64,000 nt of DNA from a virus. Position numbers and translations under genes: made by a program. The notes under the pieces are model-generated. The model made no database searches, was not told the DNA's origin, and was given only the letters and a program-made list of their open reading frames with translations. This document shows, in pieces, positions 60,719 to 64,000 of this stretch; positions within the stretch are counted from its first letter, which is position 1, and the number at the start of each line of letters is the position of its first letter. The DNA lies in IMG/VR virus record IMGVR_UViG_3300043773_000401, positions 50,818 through 114,817 of that record; one strand, written 5' to 3'.

Positions 60719-60750
60719 TAAATATAGTAAATCTTTTGAATAATACCAAA
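60719..60750 (-). promoter_or_regulatory. Putative promoter TTTG-N20-TATATTTA
   Basis: Exact 20-nt spacer. Confidence 0.6.
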
Positions 60751-60751
60751 A

Positions 60752-61339
60752 TTAAAATTCTTTAATTAGTACTAGACTAACAAAAGAATCATCTTTAACT
60801 TTATGTATTAGATTAACATAATCAGGTTCATTGTTTAATACTACACAACCGGCAGACCATGACCCTATAAGTTTCTTAATAGTATTGTTTATCTTATCAA
60901 ATACATCGTAGCTATTAAAGTGTATATTGGTGTTATAGATATCAGTGTAAATAGTACCTGATTCATCTATCATCCGGTTATTATTGTTATCCCGGAAGTA
61001 CTTCATTTTCTTTACTTGCCTAAGTGCTAGCATTTTACCATTATGTAACCCGTATCTATAGGCATCATAGTACCATTCATTAGACTTAATAACTGCTGCT
61101 CCTAAAGCATTATGTTTTTTCCAGCCTCCTAATAATATAGGACCGCCAGGGTTTGTAGTACAACTAGTTACCATGATAAACTTCTCTCCTTTAAAAAGAT
61201 AGAGCTTGTCATCAAAGGTATCAAATTCATCTTCTTCACTTCTTATTGCTACAATCCAGTGACCTTCTGGTATCTCTTTATAGCTGGATAATGACTTAAC
61301 CTTGTCTAGTAACTGTTTTGTTTTGTAGTTCTTTACCAT
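60752..61339 (-). CDS. Putative endolysin, L,D-transpeptidase (YkuD)-like Cys peptidase
   Basis: FDD...TTNPG...GLH...RDNN...NIH...WSAGCVV, a His...SxGC catalytic pattern. Confidence 0.6.
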   Translation of the reverse strand: MVKNYKTKQLLDKVKSLSSYKEIPEGHWIVAIRSEEDEFDTFDDKLYLFKGEKFIMVTSCTTNPGGPILLGGWKKHNALGAAVIKSNEWYYDAYRYGLHNGKMLALRQVKKMKYFRDNNNNRMIDESGTIYTDIYNTNIHFNSYDVFDKINNTIKKLIGSWSAGCVVLNNEPDYVNLIHKVKDDSFVSLVLIKEF

Positions 61340-61340
61340 A

Positions 61341-61520
61341 TTATTGATTTTCTAAATTTTCATTGGGGTGTTTATCATACCAGTACCATCCGTCTATAGG
61401 ATAGTTATACTCATCTTTCTTTTCCCTAACTAGTTCATATGTAGATGAATATACAAAGTTAGGTGCATATAACCATTCTCCTTCTTCATTCTGTTTATAA
61501 AATCCTGATGTATCTTCCAT
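61341..61520 (-). CDS. 59-aa acidic/aromatic protein (below the ORF-track cut-off)
   Basis: MEDTSGFYKQNEEGEWLYAPNFVYSSTYELVREKKDEYNYPIDGWYWYDKHPNENLENQ; fills the gap exactly. Confidence 0.7.
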   Translation of the reverse strand: MEDTSGFYKQNEEGEWLYAPNFVYSSTYELVREKKDEYNYPIDGWYWYDKHPNENLENQ

Positions 61521-61523
61521 AGT

Positions 61524-63722
61524 TTATCCTATTATTGTCCAACCTATTGATGTAATAATTGCTCTTTCACCAGCTGTTAATGCTGCTGCTCCTGTAGCTA
61601 ATGTTATATTTATTGTCTTAGCTGTTACTGGTCCTTGTGCTGCCATATCATTAAATAACTGTACTAAGTTAGCTTGAGACATATTAGTGTAAGAAACATT
61701 TATTTGTGGAGATGTTCCTGTCCATTGTCCAGCAGATGTATTTAGTAATCTAACAGATTGAACATCAGTTCTTCCTGCTGTGTTAGGTGGACCATTTAAT
61801 GCAAGTAAAGATAATGGTCCTCTAAAAGAAATAGATGTAAGTCTATTATATTGATTACCTCCTGCATTTATTAATGGAGTAGCTGTTAATGATCCTATAA
61901 AGTTAAAGTTATTTATAGTTGTTAAGTTAGAACAACTTGAAAACATAGTATTTAAAGTATTAACCAAAGATAACTGAGCTGCTCCAGGGAATGTAACTGT
62001 TTTAAGAGAATTACAGTTATTAAAAGCTGATGAAAATGTTGTAGTAGATGCAGATACAGTATTAGGTAAAGTTACAGTCTGAATTCTTTTACAATTGCTA
62101 AACATAATAGAAAAATCTGTGCAAGAACTCATTGATGTAGGAAGTGTTACAGAAACTAAATCATCACATCCTGAAAATAAACCAGATACAGTAGTAACAG
62201 CATTTAGTGATGCTGGAAAAGTAACTGTTTGTAATTGTCTACAGAAACCAAATGCACTAGACAAATTAGTTAATGCTGTCATACTAGTAGGCAAATTAAC
62301 TGATACCAATGAATAACAACCATTAAATGCATTGTTTAAAGTTGTTAAAGAGTTCTGTGCTCCAGGTGTCCAGTTTATTGTTTTTAGTGATAAGCAACTA
62401 GTAAAAGTACTTTGCATATTAGTAATAAGATATGAATTAGGTATTGTTACTTCTTCAAGTTTATAACAGCTACCAAACATAAAACTTAATGTTACTCCAG
62501 ATGCTGAAACCGTAGTTGGTAGTACTACTGTTTTCAGTGTAGAACAACCAAAAAACATGTTACTAAAATTTGTACAACTTGTAGTTGTTGTTGGTAAAAT
62601 ACAAGATATTAAAGATGAACATATATTAAATGCTCCTGTAAAAGTGCTTGCATTTATATTACTAGGGAATACAATATTTTTTAATTGTGCACATGATGAA
62701 AATACATTTGTAAAATCATATACACTACTAGCAGTACCTGTAGCAGGAAAATATACTGTTTGTAAATTTGCACAATTTGAAAAAGCAGAGGTAAAATTTA
62801 TAGATGCTACAGTAGGCATACTAGTAAACTTAACCCATTCTAACTGATAACAATTAATAAAAGTATTATTAAAAAAACTAGCTGTATTTATAGAAGGAAA
62901 AGTTATATTTTTTAATGTAAAACAACCACTAAATGTGCTTGAAAAATTAGTACAACTATTTAATGTTGTTGGGAATGTAACAGATCTTAAGTTTACACAA
63001 GCCTGAAAAGTATTAGCTAAAGAAGTTATACCAGTAGCATTAGCTGGAAATGTTAATTCTTCTAAATTAAAACAATCTTGAAACGTATTTGCTAGTGATC
63101 CTAAACTAGATGCAGATGTAGGCATTACTACTTTAGCTAATGCATTACATCCATTAAACATATTACCTATACCTCCCCAACTTACAGTAGCTGGTAACTT
63201 TACATACTGTAGCCAGTTAAACATACTAAGTGAAGAAGAGCTTCCTGGAGTTGAATAAAAACTTGGAAAGTTAGATCCTACTGTTCCATCTCCATAATAT
63301 GCTTCTAATACTCCACAACTTTGAGTACTAAAAGTATTGCCTGATATAAATAACGCTGTTATTCTGCAAGAATTAAGTACAGATACTCCAACTCCTGTAA
63401 AGTAAACTCTTACTACAAAAGTAGTATAACCTAATGAACAAGGCGTTCCTGTCCCTGGTGTATATGTTTTAGTTGAAACTGTAGAAGCTGTAGTAGTAAC
63501 TGTTGTTGTTGTGGCATCTCCCCAGTCTATAATAATATTTTGTGTACCTGATGTTCTAGTAAAAATAGTTGTTATTTGACATGAAGCATCACCTAAATCT
63601 GACATTAAAAACTGTACTTCATTAGCTGTATCTGTAATAACTGGCCAGTCAACAGGTCTAGTCCATAAAGTAGGACCAGCTGCTCTAGTAAAATAATTCT
63701 GTACTGGTAAGTTAAATGCCAT
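61524..63722 (-). CDS. BspA-type leucine-rich-repeat protein, putative receptor-binding/adhesion protein
   Basis: About 17 repeats of FxxCxxLxx(V/I)x(L/F)P at ~25-aa spacing; N-terminal WTRPVDWP and IIDWGD (PKD-like). Confidence 0.8.
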   Translation of the reverse strand: MAFNLPVQNYFTRAAGPTLWTRPVDWPVITDTANEVQFLMSDLGDASCQITTIFTRTSGTQNIIIDWGDATTTTVTTTASTVSTKTYTPGTGTPCSLGYTTFVVRVYFTGVGVSVLNSCRITALFISGNTFSTQSCGVLEAYYGDGTVGSNFPSFYSTPGSSSSLSMFNWLQYVKLPATVSWGGIGNMFNGCNALAKVVMPTSASSLGSLANTFQDCFNLEELTFPANATGITSLANTFQACVNLRSVTFPTTLNSCTNFSSTFSGCFTLKNITFPSINTASFFNNTFINCYQLEWVKFTSMPTVASINFTSAFSNCANLQTVYFPATGTASSVYDFTNVFSSCAQLKNIVFPSNINASTFTGAFNICSSLISCILPTTTTSCTNFSNMFFGCSTLKTVVLPTTVSASGVTLSFMFGSCYKLEEVTIPNSYLITNMQSTFTSCLSLKTINWTPGAQNSLTTLNNAFNGCYSLVSVNLPTSMTALTNLSSAFGFCRQLQTVTFPASLNAVTTVSGLFSGCDDLVSVTLPTSMSSCTDFSIMFSNCKRIQTVTLPNTVSASTTTFSSAFNNCNSLKTVTFPGAAQLSLVNTLNTMFSSCSNLTTINNFNFIGSLTATPLINAGGNQYNRLTSISFRGPLSLLALNGPPNTAGRTDVQSVRLLNTSAGQWTGTSPQINVSYTNMSQANLVQLFNDMAAQGPVTAKTINITLATGAAALTAGERAIITSIGWTIIG

Positions 63723-63724
63723 AA

Positions 63725-64000
63725 TTATATTGTTGGGAATATAGTTACTTCTCCTGTTATATTAGTTTGGGGTGGGAATAAAGAAAAGAATGTACAACTA
63801 CCTGCTGCTACAGTTACTTGGGTTTGCATACCACAAGTAGTAACTTCTAAATAACTTGTATTATCTGGAGTAAAGTCTACCCTAGTATTAACAGTTATGT
63901 TTACATTAGAAAAGGTATATGTGTAATAACCAGATACTAGTGTCCAACTAGATGCAGTTAATGTCTGACCTGTAAGTCTAACTATAGAAGCTCCACCACC
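63725..64000 (-). CDS. 3' end of a fibre-like gene (partial)
   Basis: Open frame GGGASIVRLTGQTLTASSWTLVSGYYTYTF...IFPTI*. Confidence 0.6.
   Translation of the reverse strand, partial: GGGASIVRLTGQTLTASSWTLVSGYYTYTFSNVNITVNTRVDFTPDNTSYLEVTTCGMQTQVTVAAGSCTFFSLFPPQTNITGEVTIFPTI

Noticed and set aside
1632-62847. All plus-strand ORFs in the track (60-131 aa)
   Set aside because: They are antisense shadows of long minus-strand genes, with Ser/Leu/Ile-rich composition and no motifs.
1-64000. Stop-codon reassignment (TAG/TGA), known in some Crassvirales
   Set aside because: Genes are full length and tightly packed under the standard code, and both TAG and TGA are used as real stops.
1-64000. tRNA, rRNA, CRISPR array, DGR, integrase or transposase
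   Set aside because: Intergenic gaps are under ~140 nt and are explained by promoters and terminators. I saw no repeat-spacer pattern, reverse transcriptase or recombinase by eye.

Overview
A 64-kb, AT-rich, densely coding segment of a crAss-like (Crassvirales-type) podophage genome, most likely infecting a Bacteroidota host. All credible genes are on the minus strand and read with the standard genetic code. In transcription order (right to left): receptor-binding/fibre genes (BspA-type LRR protein, duplicated-domain protein); lysis genes (putative YkuD-like endolysin, holin, u-spanin); small DNA-binding and nuclease genes; TerL, portal, scaffold-like protein and major capsid protein; a cluster of tiny Lys/Gly-rich proteins interrupted by an EndoVII-type HNH gene; a ring protein, a ferritin, a putative auxiliary capsid protein and a run of Cys-rich tail/fibre genes; IHF-like, ring, tail-tubular and tail-stabilization/muzzle genes; five large putative cargo proteins; and the 5' part (>2100 aa, missing from the ORF track) of the virion RNA polymerase. 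The best candidates for novelty are: (1) a short [M/F/Y/K]-[K/Q]-x-GG(...AQxG) motif that delimits apparently swappable modules, both in three putative cargo proteins and in the mini-proteins next to the capsid gene; (2) an AAACCAA element just upstream of start codons, with a complementary 3'-UTR hairpin loop; (3) a TTTG-N20-TAnnTT(A/T)n promoter family; (4) a ferritin beside a very Cys-rich virion exterior. All calls come from reading motifs by eye; no database searches were run.
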